Shown piece after piece: positions 42,673-52,638 of a DNA stretch of 64,000 nt (its first letter is position 1; each line of letters starts with the position of its first letter). The notes under the pieces were generated by a model that saw nothing but the letters and a program-made list of their open reading frames with translations, ran no database searches and was not told the origin of the DNA. Both the position numbers and the translations under genes were made by a program. Source of the DNA: Smithellaceae bacterium (GTDB lineage Bacteria; Desulfobacterota; Syntrophia; Syntrophales; Smithellaceae); NCBI GenBank assembly GCA_963667845.2, contig CAXXVL010000002.1:576001-640000 (forward strand), given 5' to 3'.

Positions 42673-44520
42673 TCAAGGCAGTGTGTAACTGATAATTTGT
42701 GGACCAGATGTAAAATAGATATGTTTCCCTCGGATCGCAAACCCTCCGGTAACCTCCAGCGGGGAGTTCGCTATCTGTTTTACTATATGTTTTTCTTCGT
42801 CAATTTTGAAGATGCCGCCGCTGTGCAAACCGTAAAGGTTGCCGTCAACGGCCCGTCCAATGGCATTTGTGATGACATTCCCCAGCCCGCTGGGCTTCAC
42901 AGATATTATCTTCCGTGCCCGCGGGTCGAAGACGAACATGACGCGCCGCTGATTACCAAAACCATAAACCAAACCATTCTTTCCCAAACACAGAGCGTCA
43001 ATACTGCTATTTTCCGACGTTACTACTGTTTCAAAGATTTTCTCGCGCTTGACCGGGTCCCAAAGAAAAATTTTTGCCTCGTCCTGCGTAGGATGGCTGC
43101 CCCCACCACCTCCCGTGGTAGTCCCCCCGACAATGATACCTTCTATCGTGACTGCTAGTGAGATTACCGAATGATCCGTCACTAAATGCATGTATTGATC
43201 AAGCCGTCCTGTTACAGGGTCAAAGACGCATAGTGGACCACCCAGCAGCCCGTAACCGGATACTGCGCCAATGTAAACCTTGTCTTGCGGGCCGGCAATC
43301 ATAGCCATAGGCCGCCAAGAGGCTTTTTCACCTTTAAAATGAATTTGCCGTGGGTTATCGTCCTTTTGGGGTCCCGGTTTCCAGGGCTGTCCAGGTTTGA
43401 AAATCATAATTGGCGAAGGAAAGGAGTATGCAGCCATTATCAGTCTATCCTGCCAAGCGAGAAATGAGTAGATTTCGCCCGTACCGGCAACGGCGATCTC
43501 TTCCCAGTGATCGTTTTCCGGCGATGCCGAAAAGAAGTGCCCTGGCTGACCTGTACCTCCGTAAAGCTTATCATCGGGTCCCTGGCAAATGCGAAAGATA
43601 CTCAGCATTTTTCCCCGGTAACCTGTTTTGATTGGAACTAGTTTGCCATTACGGTCTTGCACAGACATAAGAAAGCCATCATAGTTCAGACGGCGACCAT
43701 CGGCCAGTGTCAGACGCGGTGTCCGAGGCCGGATATTCGCTTCTCCGACTAAGGGTGTTGCTGTAAATCCATCTAGCCTTATCCACTTATCCTCGGCATT
43801 AGCATAAATAATACCATCTACCCCTTGAACAACACTTACTGTGCCATTTCCTCCCATGTTTTGCGGTAGTATGCTTCTGTGTTTACCCGTAGCAATTTCA
43901 TAAGCCACAAGATCGCGTTTTGCCATGCCGATGCCGACGTAAACAAATCCCTTGCTATCGGCAGCTATAGACCTGCTGTATTTTTCAGTCTCACTCATAC
44001 GACCGAGATCTTCGCTCTTGCCAGTCACAGGATTAAAACGAATGAGCTTGGCGTTAGGATAAGTGCAACCGTAGATGTTTTCATCACTTCCGCCCACCAT
44101 TTGCCAAATATATTTTTCAGTACTGCTGGGCCGACCCATATCCACAAGGCTTTTAGATTTCCAATCTAACCGCATGATATGTGCATTGGGTAAGGTACCG
44201 ATATACACATTGCTGTCGCGACCGAGAACCATTGCCCAAGCTCCATATTCGCTGGCCAAAGGGTTTATGAACACATCGGTTGTTCCGGTAAGGGGGTCTA
44301 TGGCAACAACATCAAAAGTATTTCCATAGTAGACATGCGATGCATAGAGCCGCTCTGTCCCTCTTTCATTTCCCGGACCGATGATTTTTGCCAGACAAGA
44401 CCCTATGCCCGTAAACCGACCATGTAGTTTGAAACCGGGTGGCTGGTCGGCCAACACCTCACCACAAAAAACAAACACCCCCAACACGGCGCATAATAGA
44501 GTATACAAGCAATGGACCAT
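42673..44520 (-). CDS. Secreted beta-propeller repeat protein, function unknown
   Basis: Signal-like N-terminus from ATG 44520; repeated G.D..(I/V)Y.G and FDP.TG blade motifs. Confidence 0.6.
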   Translation of the reverse strand: MVHCLYTLLCAVLGVFVFCGEVLADQPPGFKLHGRFTGIGSCLAKIIGPGNERGTERLYASHVYYGNTFDVVAIDPLTGTTDVFINPLASEYGAWAMVLGRDSNVYIGTLPNAHIMRLDWKSKSLVDMGRPSSTEKYIWQMVGGSDENIYGCTYPNAKLIRFNPVTGKSEDLGRMSETEKYSRSIAADSKGFVYVGIGMAKRDLVAYEIATGKHRSILPQNMGGNGTVSVVQGVDGIIYANAEDKWIRLDGFTATPLVGEANIRPRTPRLTLADGRRLNYDGFLMSVQDRNGKLVPIKTGYRGKMLSIFRICQGPDDKLYGGTGQPGHFFSASPENDHWEEIAVAGTGEIYSFLAWQDRLIMAAYSFPSPIMIFKPGQPWKPGPQKDDNPRQIHFKGEKASWRPMAMIAGPQDKVYIGAVSGYGLLGGPLCVFDPVTGRLDQYMHLVTDHSVISLAVTIEGIIVGGTTTGGGGGSHPTQDEAKIFLWDPVKREKIFETVVTSENSSIDALCLGKNGLVYGFGNQRRVMFVFDPRARKIISVKPSGLGNVITNAIGRAVDGNLYGLHSGGIFKIDEEKHIVKQIANSPLEVTGGFAIRGKHIYFTSGPQIISYTLP

Positions 44521-44698
44521 GGGGTAATCCTTTCTTGCCGGCAGATGCGGCGACAGATACCTCGCAACACATTTATTTAAAGCTGCTGAAACCGTGAATC
44601 CGTCCAAAGACAAAATGCCTTTGCTGTTTTTCTCTATTTTTTTACAGTCAGTGATGATCATCATTTATTTTTTATGCAACCAGAGAGCCTAATCAACA

Positions 44699-44747
44699 TT
44701 AGGCGTTGGGTCATAGGTCATAGGCAATGGGCGATAGGAATTAGGAG
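44699..44747 (+). repeat. Heptamer array x7
   Basis: TTAGGCG TTGGGTC ATAGGTC ATAGGCA ATGGGCG ATAGGAA TTAGGAG. Confidence 0.85.
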
Positions 44748-44765
44748 TAAAGCCATGTCATTATC

Positions 44766-46373
44766 CTAACCATCTATTATCCTCAATCCATCTTCAACTT
44801 TGGTGAACGTTTTTCCACAAATTGCGCATTCCAAGGAACCCGGTAATCTCTCTCCACATATGCACATGTAGCCGCTGTTCCTTGCGGGATTGCCAACCAT
44901 TAATGCATGGTCGGGGACGTCCTTTGTCACGACTGCTCCGGCGCCAATGAAGGCGTAACGGCCAATGGTGTGACCGCAGACGATGGTGCAGTTAGCCCCC
45001 ATTGTTGCGCCTTTCCTGACAAGGGTGGGGCGAACCTGGTCCATCTTTCCGATTTCGGCGCGGGGATTGTAGATGTTGGTAAAGACCATCGAAGGCCCGC
45101 AGAAGACGCCGTCTTCCAACGTGACTCCCTTATAAACGCTGACATTGTTTTGTATCTTGCACTTGTTGCCGATCACGGCATCGGGGCCCACAACAACATT
45201 TTGGCCAATGTTGCAGTTTTCACCAATTCTTGAACCGGAAAGAACGTGGGAGAAATGCCAGATTTTTGTGCCTTTGCCGATTACGACTGTGCCATCAACA
45301 ATAGCCGTCGGGTGGACAAAGAAATCAGTTTTATGTTCTAAGTTCAGCGTTCTAGGTTCAATGCTAAAAACGCCAGACTCCTTTTGTTCGATGGATTGCT
45401 GGCAGGCTTCCAGAATTTTGAGAACCCGCAGGCCTTCTTCACCGGACGTGAGCGGTTTGGTGTTATTGGCAATAGAATCCAGAAAGGACCGGCATTCAGC
45501 CTTCAAGGGCTCTTCCCATATGTCGCTCAGGTCAATTGCCTTACCTTCGACCCTTTCCGACACGGGCATTCCATTTTGCCAGGTGATTTGATTGGGGTAA
45601 TGTATTAATTTTTTCTCGATGGATTGCGTATCGTCAAATACCATCATGCCCTGGCTGCCGATGACGACCAGACGCTGTTCTTTGAAGGGATTGAGCCAAC
45701 TGACAAAGATATGCGCACCAATGCCTGAGGGAAACTTGAGATTGGAAACGGTAACGTCAGGAATCCGGGCATGGAGAAAGTTGCTTCCTACAGCGTCGAT
45801 GTAACAGGGCTCTTCTCCGGTGATGCCAAGTATGACGGAGATATCATGCGGGGCAAAGGACCACAGAATATTTTCTTCGCGGCGAATCTTGCCTAGAGAG
45901 AGCCTGCGGGAATAGATGTACTGAAGCCGGCCGATCTCGCCCTGGTTGATCATCTCTTTCATCCGGACTACTGCGGAATGGTAATGAAGAATGTGACCGA
46001 CGAAAAGTTTCTTACCTTTTTCACGCGCCAGATCAACCAAGTTAAGGCCTTCTGTGTAAGTTAAAGCGAGTGGCTTTTCCACAAAGACATGCTTGCCTGC
46101 GTTCAACGCCGCCATTGCAAGATTATAGTGGGCAACTGCCGGCGCGGCAATCACCACTGCATCAATTGATTTATCATCGAATATCTCATTTTCATTGTCG
46201 ATAATCCGTTTGTCGGGATAATCTTTTGCCAATTGTTGATGAATTTTTGCATCTGCGTCGCAAACTGTTTTTAAAACACCCAGTTGATGAAAATTACGGA
46301 CGAGATTCTTGCCCCAGTAACCGGCACCGATGACGGCGACGTGAGGGGTTAGGGGTGCGGCGTTAGGTGTCAT
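44766..46373 (-). CDS. Fusion of a Gfo/Idh/MocA oxidoreductase and an N-acetyltransferase (WbpB-WbpD-like)
   Basis: N-half [19 protein letters not shown]-half [35 protein letters not shown]. Confidence 0.85.
   Translation of the reverse strand: MTPNAAPLTPHVAVIGAGYWGKNLVRNFHQLGVLKTVCDADAKIHQQLAKDYPDKRIIDNENEIFDDKSIDAVVIAAPAVAHYNLAMAALNAGKHVFVEKPLALTYTEGLNLVDLAREKGKKLFVGHILHYHSAVVRMKEMINQGEIGRLQYIYSRRLSLGKIRREENILWSFAPHDISVILGITGEEPCYIDAVGSNFLHARIPDVTVSNLKFPSGIGAHIFVSWLNPFKEQRLVVIGSQGMMVFDDTQSIEKKLIHYPNQITWQNGMPVSERVEGKAIDLSDIWEEPLKAECRSFLDSIANNTKPLTSGEEGLRVLKILEACQQSIEQKESGVFSIEPRTLNLEHKTDFFVHPTAIVDGTVVIGKGTKIWHFSHVLSGSRIGENCNIGQNVVVGPDAVIGNKCKIQNNVSVYKGVTLEDGVFCGPSMVFTNIYNPRAEIGKMDQVRPTLVRKGATMGANCTIVCGHTIGRYAFIGAGAVVTKDVPDHALMVGNPARNSGYMCICGERLPGSLECAICGKTFTKVEDGLRIIDG
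45329..45363 (+). repeat. In-frame heptamer array in the interdomain linker
   Basis: TTTTATG TTCTAAG TTCAGCG TTCTAGG TTCAATG; encodes [11 protein letters not shown]. Confidence 0.75.
46341..46373 (+). repeat. Heptamer array forming the gene's N-terminus
   Basis: GTGAGGG GTTAGGG GTGCGGC GTTAGGT GTCAT; encodes [11 protein letters not shown]. Confidence 0.8.
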
Positions 46374-46530
46374 TGTTTTTTCCTTTCGCGTAGATACTTT
46401 ATAAAGTCGCCCAAAGGGCCGAAGACTTTGCCGATTTGTTCTAGAACAGGATCTGGATTTGTGATGTATCCTAAACTTTTACAATAAGCAGTTGGCTTTC
46501 TACCTCGCAAGTTTTCAGATCGTAAAGTGC
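46370..46530 (-). pseudogene. Decayed four-helix-bundle (IVS/Avd-like) gene remnant
   Basis: Manual translation: YDLKTCEVESQLLI, 1-bp deletion near 46481, then [36 protein letters not shown]. This resembles the E..TQ..IA..(L/I)G...L..LI..L C-terminal pattern of the intact paralogues. Confidence 0.7.
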
Positions 46531-47666
46531 TCTTTCACGCCGTACTCCGTACTCCTCAAACCTAACACTTTAAGAATTTTCTTAGCTGCCTGTCCATCGC
46601 CATATAGTGTCCCCTGTCCTGATGGGGGTATAAAATTGTGGACAGCAGCTATGATTGCAGTTGCATTAGCACCTGTAAGCCTATTCCATCCGTTTTCTAC
46701 AGTTTCTACCCATTCTGTCTCATCCCGCAGGGTAACACACGGAACTTTAAGCCAGTACGCCTCTTTCTGAATCCCCCCAGAATCAGTAAGTATCATCCTT
46801 GCTGCGTTTTCCAGGGCGATCATGTCAAAATAGCCCACGGGATCAATGATTCTTATATGGGGCTTCGGTTGCCAATTCATATCATGAAGGATCTTTTTTG
46901 TACGGGGATGTATCGGAAACACAATTGTTTCTTCTATGGAATCCAGTGCGTTTATAATATTTTGAAGGTGTTCTTTATTATCTGTATTCTCGGCACGGTG
47001 GACCGTCGCTAATAGATAAGTTTTGTGCTGTAAATGAAATTTTTCTTCGATTGCGTAGCGATCATGAATTTTACGGACAGCAAACTGCAAGGCATCAGCC
47101 ATCACATCGCCTACGAGAAAGACGTGAGGTGTGAGGCGTAAAGAGTTAGGGGTTAGGGATGAGGCAATGCCTTCATCAGAGAGATTATTGACAGCGACTT
47201 GGCTGGGGCAAAATAAAAAACGGGAGAGATGATCTGCCACGACCCGGTTGATTTCTTCGGGCATCCGGCGATTGAAACTCCTCAGCCCTGCTTCTACATG
47301 GGCAATCGGAATATGTAGTTTGGCTGCGGCAAGAGCACTAGCCAGCGTGGAATTTGTATCCCCGTATATCAACACCCAGTCCGGCTTTTCTATCAGAAGG
47401 ACTTCTTCAATAGCGGCCAGCATCTGTCCCGTCTGTGCGCCGTGAGTCCCTGAACCGATACCCAAATTGTATGCAGGATCGGGTATTTCCAACTCACGGA
47501 AAAAAACAGCGGACATGTCGTCATCATAGTGTTGCCCTGTATGGACAATAACTTCTGTAAGGCGTGAGGCGTGAGGCGTCACACGATTATAAACGGCAAT
47601 GGCGCGGGATATCGCAGCAGCCTTGATGAATTGGGGCCGGGCGCCGACGATTGTGCATATCTTCAT
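46515..47666 (-). CDS. wecB: UDP-N-acetylglucosamine 2-epimerase, non-hydrolysing (WecB/WbpI-like)
   Basis: IVGARPQFIK, HTGQHYD, YGDTNST, HVEAGLRS, PEEINR, TDSGGIQKEA. Confidence 0.92.
   Translation of the reverse strand: MKICTIVGARPQFIKAAAISRAIAVYNRVTPHASRLTEVIVHTGQHYDDDMSAVFFRELEIPDPAYNLGIGSGTHGAQTGQMLAAIEEVLLIEKPDWVLIYGDTNSTLASALAAAKLHIPIAHVEAGLRSFNRRMPEEINRVVADHLSRFLFCPSQVAVNNLSDEGIASSLTPNSLRLTPHVFLVGDVMADALQFAVRKIHDRYAIEEKFHLQHKTYLLATVHRAENTDNKEHLQNIINALDSIEETIVFPIHPRTKKILHDMNWQPKPHIRIIDPVGYFDMIALENAARMILTDSGGIQKEAYWLKVPCVTLRDETEWVETVENGWNRLTGANATAIIAAVHNFIPPSGQGTLYGDGQAAKKILKVLGLRSTEYGVKEHFTI
46534..46568 (-). repeat. Heptamer array inside the wecB C-terminus
   Basis: Minus strand GTTAGGT TTGAGGA GTACGGA GTACGGC GTGAA; encodes LGLRSTEYGV. 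Confidence 0.7.
47124..47165 (+). repeat. In-frame heptamer array x6 inside wecB
   Basis: GTGAGGT GTGAGGC GTAAAGA GTTAGGG GTTAGGG ATGAGGC; encodes ASSLTPNSLRLTPH. Confidence 0.88.
47557..47584 (+). repeat. In-frame heptamer array inside wecB
   Basis: GTAAGGC GTGAGGC GTGAGGC GTCACAC; encodes VTPHASRLT. Confidence 0.85.
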
Positions 47667-47669
47667 GGT

Positions 47670-48875
47670 TTACCGTCCATTGCTTAAGATCGCGGAGGTT
47701 TCTTTCTGCTCATCTTCCGTGAGATATGGATGCATGGGCAGACTAAAGATGCGTCCGGCGCAGTCCTCACTAACCCGCAAATCACCTTTTTTATATCCCA
47801 GATATGCAAAGGCAGTCTGTACATGTAGCGGTTTAGGATAGTAAATAGCTGACGGAATCTTATTGTCCCGAAGTCTCTTCAACAGGGCGGAGCGATGATC
47901 TTCATCCCGGGCAAGAAGTGAGTATTGGGCCCAGGCGGACCGCGCTTCGTGCGGCATGTAAGGGGTTATGGGCAATGGGCTATCGTTTATAGTTGATGGT
48001 GAATGGTGGATGGTGGATAGTAAATCCGTGTAGCGTTGGGCTACGGTTTGACGTAGTTCGACTTCTTCCGGGAATATATCAAACTTTGCAAGCAGAATGG
48101 CTGCCTGGATCGTATCTAGACGGCCATTGATTCCGATGCGGACGTTGTCATATTTATCGCCGCCTTTTCCATGCACGCGAATGGATTCCACCATTTCCGC
48201 CAAATTGTCGTTATTAGTAAAACACATGCCGCCGTCGCCATAACAGCCCAGCGGCTTGGCCGGGAAAAAAGATGTGCAGGCGATATCTCCGAAAGAGCAG
48301 GACATTTTATCTTTGTATCTTCCACCAAATGATTGCGCGGCGTCTTCAATTACAAATAAGCCGTGGTCGTTGGCGATGGCGTTGATAGCATCGTAATCAG
48401 CCGGTAGACCAAAGAGGTCAACAGGGATCACGCCCCTTGGGGTGAGTGCAACGTTCAAGGTTCTATGTTCAACCATGGGCAGGGGACAAACGGATGGATC
48501 GTTGGTTTTTACGGCTTGGATGGCTAATGCCAATTTCTTGGGATCGATATTGAAGGTCTTTGGATCAATATCTACAAAGACCGGTGTAGCACCCAGCAGG
48601 TTGATAACTTCAGCCGTGGCAATGAAAGTAAAAGGCGTGGTGAAAATCGCATCACCTGGGCCGACTCCGTAGGCCATCAGGGCCATGAGAAGAGCGTCCG
48701 TCCCCGATGCGCAGGCAATGGCATGCTTCACGCCAACATAGGCGGCGAGTCTCTTCTCCAGTTCCTTTATTTCTGGCCCCATGACGTATTGGCCGTGCCT
48801 CAATACTCTTTGAATATTTCGGTCAATCTGCTCTTTAATGCGTCGCTGCTGTTCGGCTAAATCGATAAAATCCAT
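47670..48875 (-). CDS. DegT/DnrJ aminotransferase (WbpE-like)
   Basis: ASGTDAL, IEDAAQS, TSFFPAKPLGCYGDGG, NGRLDTIQAA, YYPKPLH. Confidence 0.9.
   Translation of the reverse strand: MDFIDLAEQQRRIKEQIDRNIQRVLRHGQYVMGPEIKELEKRLAAYVGVKHAIACASGTDALLMALMAYGVGPGDAIFTTPFTFIATAEVINLLGATPVFVDIDPKTFNIDPKKLALAIQAVKTNDPSVCPLPMVEHRTLNVALTPRGVIPVDLFGLPADYDAINAIANDHGLFVIEDAAQSFGGRYKDKMSCSFGDIACTSFFPAKPLGCYGDGGMCFTNNDNLAEMVESIRVHGKGGDKYDNVRIGINGRLDTIQAAILLAKFDIFPEEVELRQTVAQRYTDLLSTIHHSPSTINDSPLPITPYMPHEARSAWAQYSLLARDEDHRSALLKRLRDNKIPSAIYYPKPLHVQTAFAYLGYKKGDLRVSEDCAGRIFSLPMHPYLTEDEQKETSAILSNGR
47958..48020 (+). repeat. In-frame heptamer array x9 inside the aminotransferase
   Basis: GTAAGGG GTTATGG GCAATGG GCTATCG TTTATAG TTGATGG TGAATGG TGGATGG TGGATAG; encodes LSTIHHSPSTINDSPLPITPY. 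Confidence 0.85.
48453..48473 (+). repeat. In-frame heptamer array x3 inside the aminotransferase
   Basis: GTTCAAG GTTCTAT GTTCAAC; encodes VEHRTLN. Confidence 0.7.
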
Positions 48876-49934
48876 TTATTTCACCTCTTGTCTCGTGTTG
48901 GCCATGTTATTCTTGTACCACTCGATGGCTACATCGAGACCATCTTCAATTTTATGTGTCGGTTGATAACCGAGAATTATTCCGGCTTTTGCGATATCAG
49001 CATGTGAATGCATAATATCCCCCTGTCTGAAATCCCCGTAAGTCGGTTTAAATTCATTCAGATGCGGATAATGGGGTTTAAGACGTGTCCGAATAACTTC
49101 AAATAGTTGATTCAGGGTTGTTCGGGCATTCACCGCAATGTTATAAACTTGGTTGACCGCCTCCGGATTTTCTGTTGTCGCGGCTAGAATATTGGCTTGC
49201 ACAACATTCTCCACAAAGCAGAAATCTCTGCTTGTTTCTCCGGTTCCGTTTATATAAACTGCATTTCCATGGATCATGTCCCCGATCCATTTGGGAATCA
49301 CTGCTGCATAGGCCCCATTGGGATCCTGCCGAGGACCGAATACATTAAAATACCTAAGTCCGACTGTTTCTGTTCCATAACATCGGCTGAATACCCCCGC
49401 ATACAACTCATTGACGTATTTCGTGACCGCATAAGGGGAAAGGGGCAAACCTATGTTATCCTCAACCTTGGGAAGTGTGGGATCATCACCATATACGGAA
49501 CTACTGGTCGCATAGACAAATCGTTGGACTTTACATTCCTTGGCCGCAACCAGCATATTCAAGGTACCCGTTATATTGTTATCATTAAAACCTACTGGAT
49601 CAGATATCGATCGGGGGACTGACCCTTGGGCAGCTTGATGGAGTATAAAGTCGATACCATCGGTAAGTTTATGGCAAACAGTGAGGTCTCTGACATCCCC
49701 TTTCACAAAGCTGAACCTTTGCCATTGATCAGCACTAATTACTTCTTTTATCTGATCAAGGTTTTCTCTCTTCCCATTGGAGAAATTATCCAATCCCGTG
49801 ACTTTTTGACCCAGGAGCAGGAGGTGCTCCACGAGATGTGAACCGATAAAACCCGCTGCACCCGTAATAAGCCATCGCCTTGGCTTACGACGAAGCATCT
49901 CTTTTGTTTCTTCATACATCCTATTATTAATCAT
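48876..49934 (-). CDS. UDP-GlcNAc(A) 4-epimerase (WbpP/TviC-like extended SDR)
   Basis: [57 protein letters not shown]. Confidence 0.9.
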   Translation of the reverse strand: MINNRMYEETKEMLRRKPRRWLITGAAGFIGSHLVEHLLLLGQKVTGLDNFSNGKRENLDQIKEVISADQWQRFSFVKGDVRDLTVCHKLTDGIDFILHQAAQGSVPRSISDPVGFNDNNITGTLNMLVAAKECKVQRFVYATSSSVYGDDPTLPKVEDNIGLPLSPYAVTKYVNELYAGVFSRCYGTETVGLRYFNVFGPRQDPNGAYAAVIPKWIGDMIHGNAVYINGTGETSRDFCFVENVVQANILAATTENPEAVNQVYNIAVNARTTLNQLFEVIRTRLKPHYPHLNEFKPTYGDFRQGDIMHSHADIAKAGIILGYQPTHKIEDGLDVAIEWYKNNMANTRQEVK

Positions 49935-50065
49935 TGTTTCAATCCTTACTCCATTCTAAAATAATAATTTTCAACTCATTATGCTGTCATTTAATCAGCT
50001 TGATACGACCATACCTAAGGCCACTGACCTCGCAATCGAGTTCGAAATAGCGACGGATGAATATC

Positions 50066-51019
50066 CTATTTTGCAAAAGTCTGCTGGCGTCTATAGAACA
50101 TATCCAATTTATCATTTATTTCACGAACAAGATAATTAGCGCCTTCCCGGCTCAAATGTTTTCCATCGTAATAATTGCTTAGATCACATCTAAATGCTAA
50201 GTGCTCATCATCATTAAGATTCCATATGAGATCGTTTTTATCGAAAATTTTATCAATTTTTTCTTTATATGTTTTAAACCGCTTTTCATCATAATTAGCC
50301 ATGAAATAGGGGTAGTAGAATCCAAATATTTTAACACCTCTTTTTCTTGATAAATTTATTAATTCTAAAAGTTCATTATATGCAATGCCATCAATAAACT
50401 CCACCTGGTTCAAGGTTAGTTTTGTGATTGCAACATTATCAATTTTGATTATTGGTTGTTTTGTTGCTGTTGATTTCTCTGCCAACAATTTAATATTATT
50501 ATATCCATAATCATTGTAAACATCATGACTGAAACCAAACAAGGCAGAAATCTTATGACCATAAAATTTTAATGTTTGCATAGAACCAAGGGAAGACCAA
50601 TATTCTTTTTGATTAATGTATGATGTCTTTCGTCCATGATCCTTTGTTATGTAAGGGTATAAACAAACAATAATAAACTTCAAATTCCCATTATGGATAA
50701 TATTTTCCACAATATATTTCAGTTCGGATATATTGCCACCATTCAGAGATGCATTATAAATCTTGTATCCTGAAATCTTTTTGGTATCGAGATTGTCGGA
50801 AACAGAAGGTCCGATGAGAATGCCTTCAAAATTGGCGGGTATATAGTTATAAGATAAAAGATACTTGGAGGTTCTTTCGTTGTCCCATATTTTAATTGAT
50901 TTTCCTTTTGCGCTGCCAAAAAGTCCGTATTCATTCATATAGATATTGAATGACACAGTAACCGTTATGAAACACGCGGAAAGTAATAGTGTCGTATAAA
51001 AGAACTTTTTAAAAGTCAT
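50066..51019 (-). CDS. Membrane-anchored partner of the MBOAT (possible SGNH/DltD-like acyl-transfer protein)
   Basis: N-terminal TM helix, LIGPS, C-terminal YYDGKHLS.EGA (DxxH); overlaps the MBOAT stop. Confidence 0.55.
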   Translation of the reverse strand: MTFKKFFYTTLLLSACFITVTVSFNIYMNEYGLFGSAKGKSIKIWDNERTSKYLLSYNYIPANFEGILIGPSVSDNLDTKKISGYKIYNASLNGGNISELKYIVENIIHNGNLKFIIVCLYPYITKDHGRKTSYINQKEYWSSLGSMQTLKFYGHKISALFGFSHDVYNDYGYNNIKLLAEKSTATKQPIIKIDNVAITKLTLNQVEFIDGIAYNELLELINLSRKRGVKIFGFYYPYFMANYDEKRFKTYKEKIDKIFDKNDLIWNLNDDEHLAFRCDLSNYYDGKHLSREGANYLVREINDKLDMFYRRQQTFAK

Positions 51020-52469
51020 TATAGATAAATCCCTTTGGAATAGTCGAGTTTAGGAATAATAGACTTATGCTAATTAATAAAACTGTGATTGTTACCATAC
51101 GCATCGATGTTGAAAATTTTTGCGGTATTGCATTTGAGTTTTTTAGCGTGAAAATTATCAAGATAGAAATTGAGCCTATTACTAGTGCCATCACGTGGTC
51201 GTCAAACCGTCTGCTTTGAAATGCAGATAATCCATTAAGCGCATTCAAACCAATCATGGCTTTTAACACATCTATCGCATCATGAAAACTTTTTGCCCGG
51301 AAAAATACCCAGGCAATATTAACAACATTAAAAGTAATAAAAATTGCCAAAAATTTTGATATTCTTATATTGATTTTATGCCAGAACCTGTTAATGCATA
51401 AAGCAACGCCATGTATTCCTCCCCAGATAATAAATGTCCAACCGGCCCCATGCCAGAGTCCACCGATCAGAAATGTGATCATTATATTGATATAAGTTGA
51501 AATTCCACCTTTTCTGCTCCCCCCGAGGGGAATGTAGATATAGTCCCGCAAGAAGCGGCTAAGCGTTATATGCCAACGTCGCCAGAAATCCTGAATATTG
51601 ACTGCTAAATACGGGGAATTGAAATTAAAGGGCAATTTGATATTGAAGAAATAGGCCGTTCCGATGGCCATATCCGTGTAACCACTGAAGTCAAAGTAAA
51701 TCTGGAAAGTGTAACTGAGCGATGTAATCCAGGCTTCTACTAAAGACAGGGACTGTGTTGTCGCATATCCCAAATCTGCATATATCGCAAATGTATCAGC
51801 AATAACGACGCGTTTGCATAAACCGACGAAAAAGATGAAGAGCCCTAAAGATATATTGCGGTAATCAACATGTTTTTGTGATGCAAGTTGAAATTGTGGC
51901 ATTAGATCATTGTACTTGGTAATAGGCCCCATCAAAAGTCGCGGGAAGAAGGTGATGAAGATACAATAGCTGATGAAATTGGCTTCTTTTATTTCATTAC
52001 GATAAGTATCGACAAGATAAGTGATTTGTTGGAAAGTATAGAAACTAATGGCCAGAGGGATTGCAAGTCGCAAGAAAGAAATATTCAGATTGCTGATCAG
52101 ATTGACATTGGCAATGAAAAAATCAGCATATTTAAAAAATGCAAGCAAGCCGACATTGAAGATAATTCCGATGGCAAGAAAAACTCTTGATGATGATTTC
52201 GGTAAACTATTCTCTGCCTGAAAATTATTCGCACTGGATTCATGATTATTGGGATTATTTTGCCGGATGGCAATGCTGCAAGCATAATTTACTCCAATAG
52301 ACAAAAGCAAAAGAGGAAGATAGGTTAACGTTCCAAAGCCATAAAACATCAAGGAAACAATGACAAGCCAGTATCTACAAGCTGTTTCACTGTATTTACT
52401 TAATAAAAAATAAACGATCACGGAAATAGGAAAAAATACAAAGATGTAGGGGAAAGAGTTAAATAACAT
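51009..52469 (-). CDS. MBOAT O-acyltransferase (AlgI/DltB family)
   Basis: MLFNS, PLAISFYTFQ, QIYFDFSGYTDMA, NFNSPY, FWRRWHITLS, GLWHGA. Confidence 0.93.
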   Translation of the reverse strand: MLFNSFPYIFVFFPISVIVYFLLSKYSETACRYWLVIVSLMFYGFGTLTYLPLLLLSIGVNYACSIAIRQNNPNNHESSANNFQAENSLPKSSSRVFLAIGIIFNVGLLAFFKYADFFIANVNLISNLNISFLRLAIPLAISFYTFQQITYLVDTYRNEIKEANFISYCIFITFFPRLLMGPITKYNDLMPQFQLASQKHVDYRNISLGLFIFFVGLCKRVVIADTFAIYADLGYATTQSLSLVEAWITSLSYTFQIYFDFSGYTDMAIGTAYFFNIKLPFNFNSPYLAVNIQDFWRRWHITLSRFLRDYIYIPLGGSRKGGISTYINIMITFLIGGLWHGAGWTFIIWGGIHGVALCINRFWHKINIRISKFLAIFITFNVVNIAWVFFRAKSFHDAIDVLKAMIGLNALNGLSAFQSRRFDDHVMALVIGSISILIIFTLKNSNAIPQKFSTSMRMVTITVLLISISLLFLNSTIPKGFIYNDF

Positions 52470-52545
52470 CTGGTGGCTCATCTTCAAAGTGCGTGGGCAA
52501 AATACAGAGTTGATATGAGACGTTCATTACCGCCAAGACTTGATA

Positions 52546-52567
52546 CAGCTCCGCTCTCTGGGTTACA
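52546..52567 (-). promoter_or_regulatory. 22-bp leader motif shared with 60878-60899
   Basis: TGTAACCCAGAGAGCGGAGCTG versus TGTAACTCAAAGAGCGGAGCTG (20/22 identical). Confidence 0.45.
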
Positions 52568-52577
52568 GGAAAAGATA

Positions 52578-52614
52578 GTTTTAAGATTTAAGTTTTAAGT
52601 TTTAAGCAATTAAG
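52578..52614 (+). repeat. GTTTTAA-type heptamer array
   Basis: GTTTTAA GATTTAA GTTTTAA GTTTTAA GCAATTAAG. Confidence 0.9.
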
Positions 52615-52638
52615 ACCTAAAACTACCTTGCTCTCTGG

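Noticed and set aside
47145..47158. Telomere-like GTTAGGG GTTAGGG
   Set aside because: Two units within a degenerate GTNAGGN array inside a bacterial CDS; coincidental.
52524..52535. RfaH ops element
   Set aside because: GGCGGTAATG only partly matches GGCGGTAGnnTG; mentioned only as context for the 22-bp motif.
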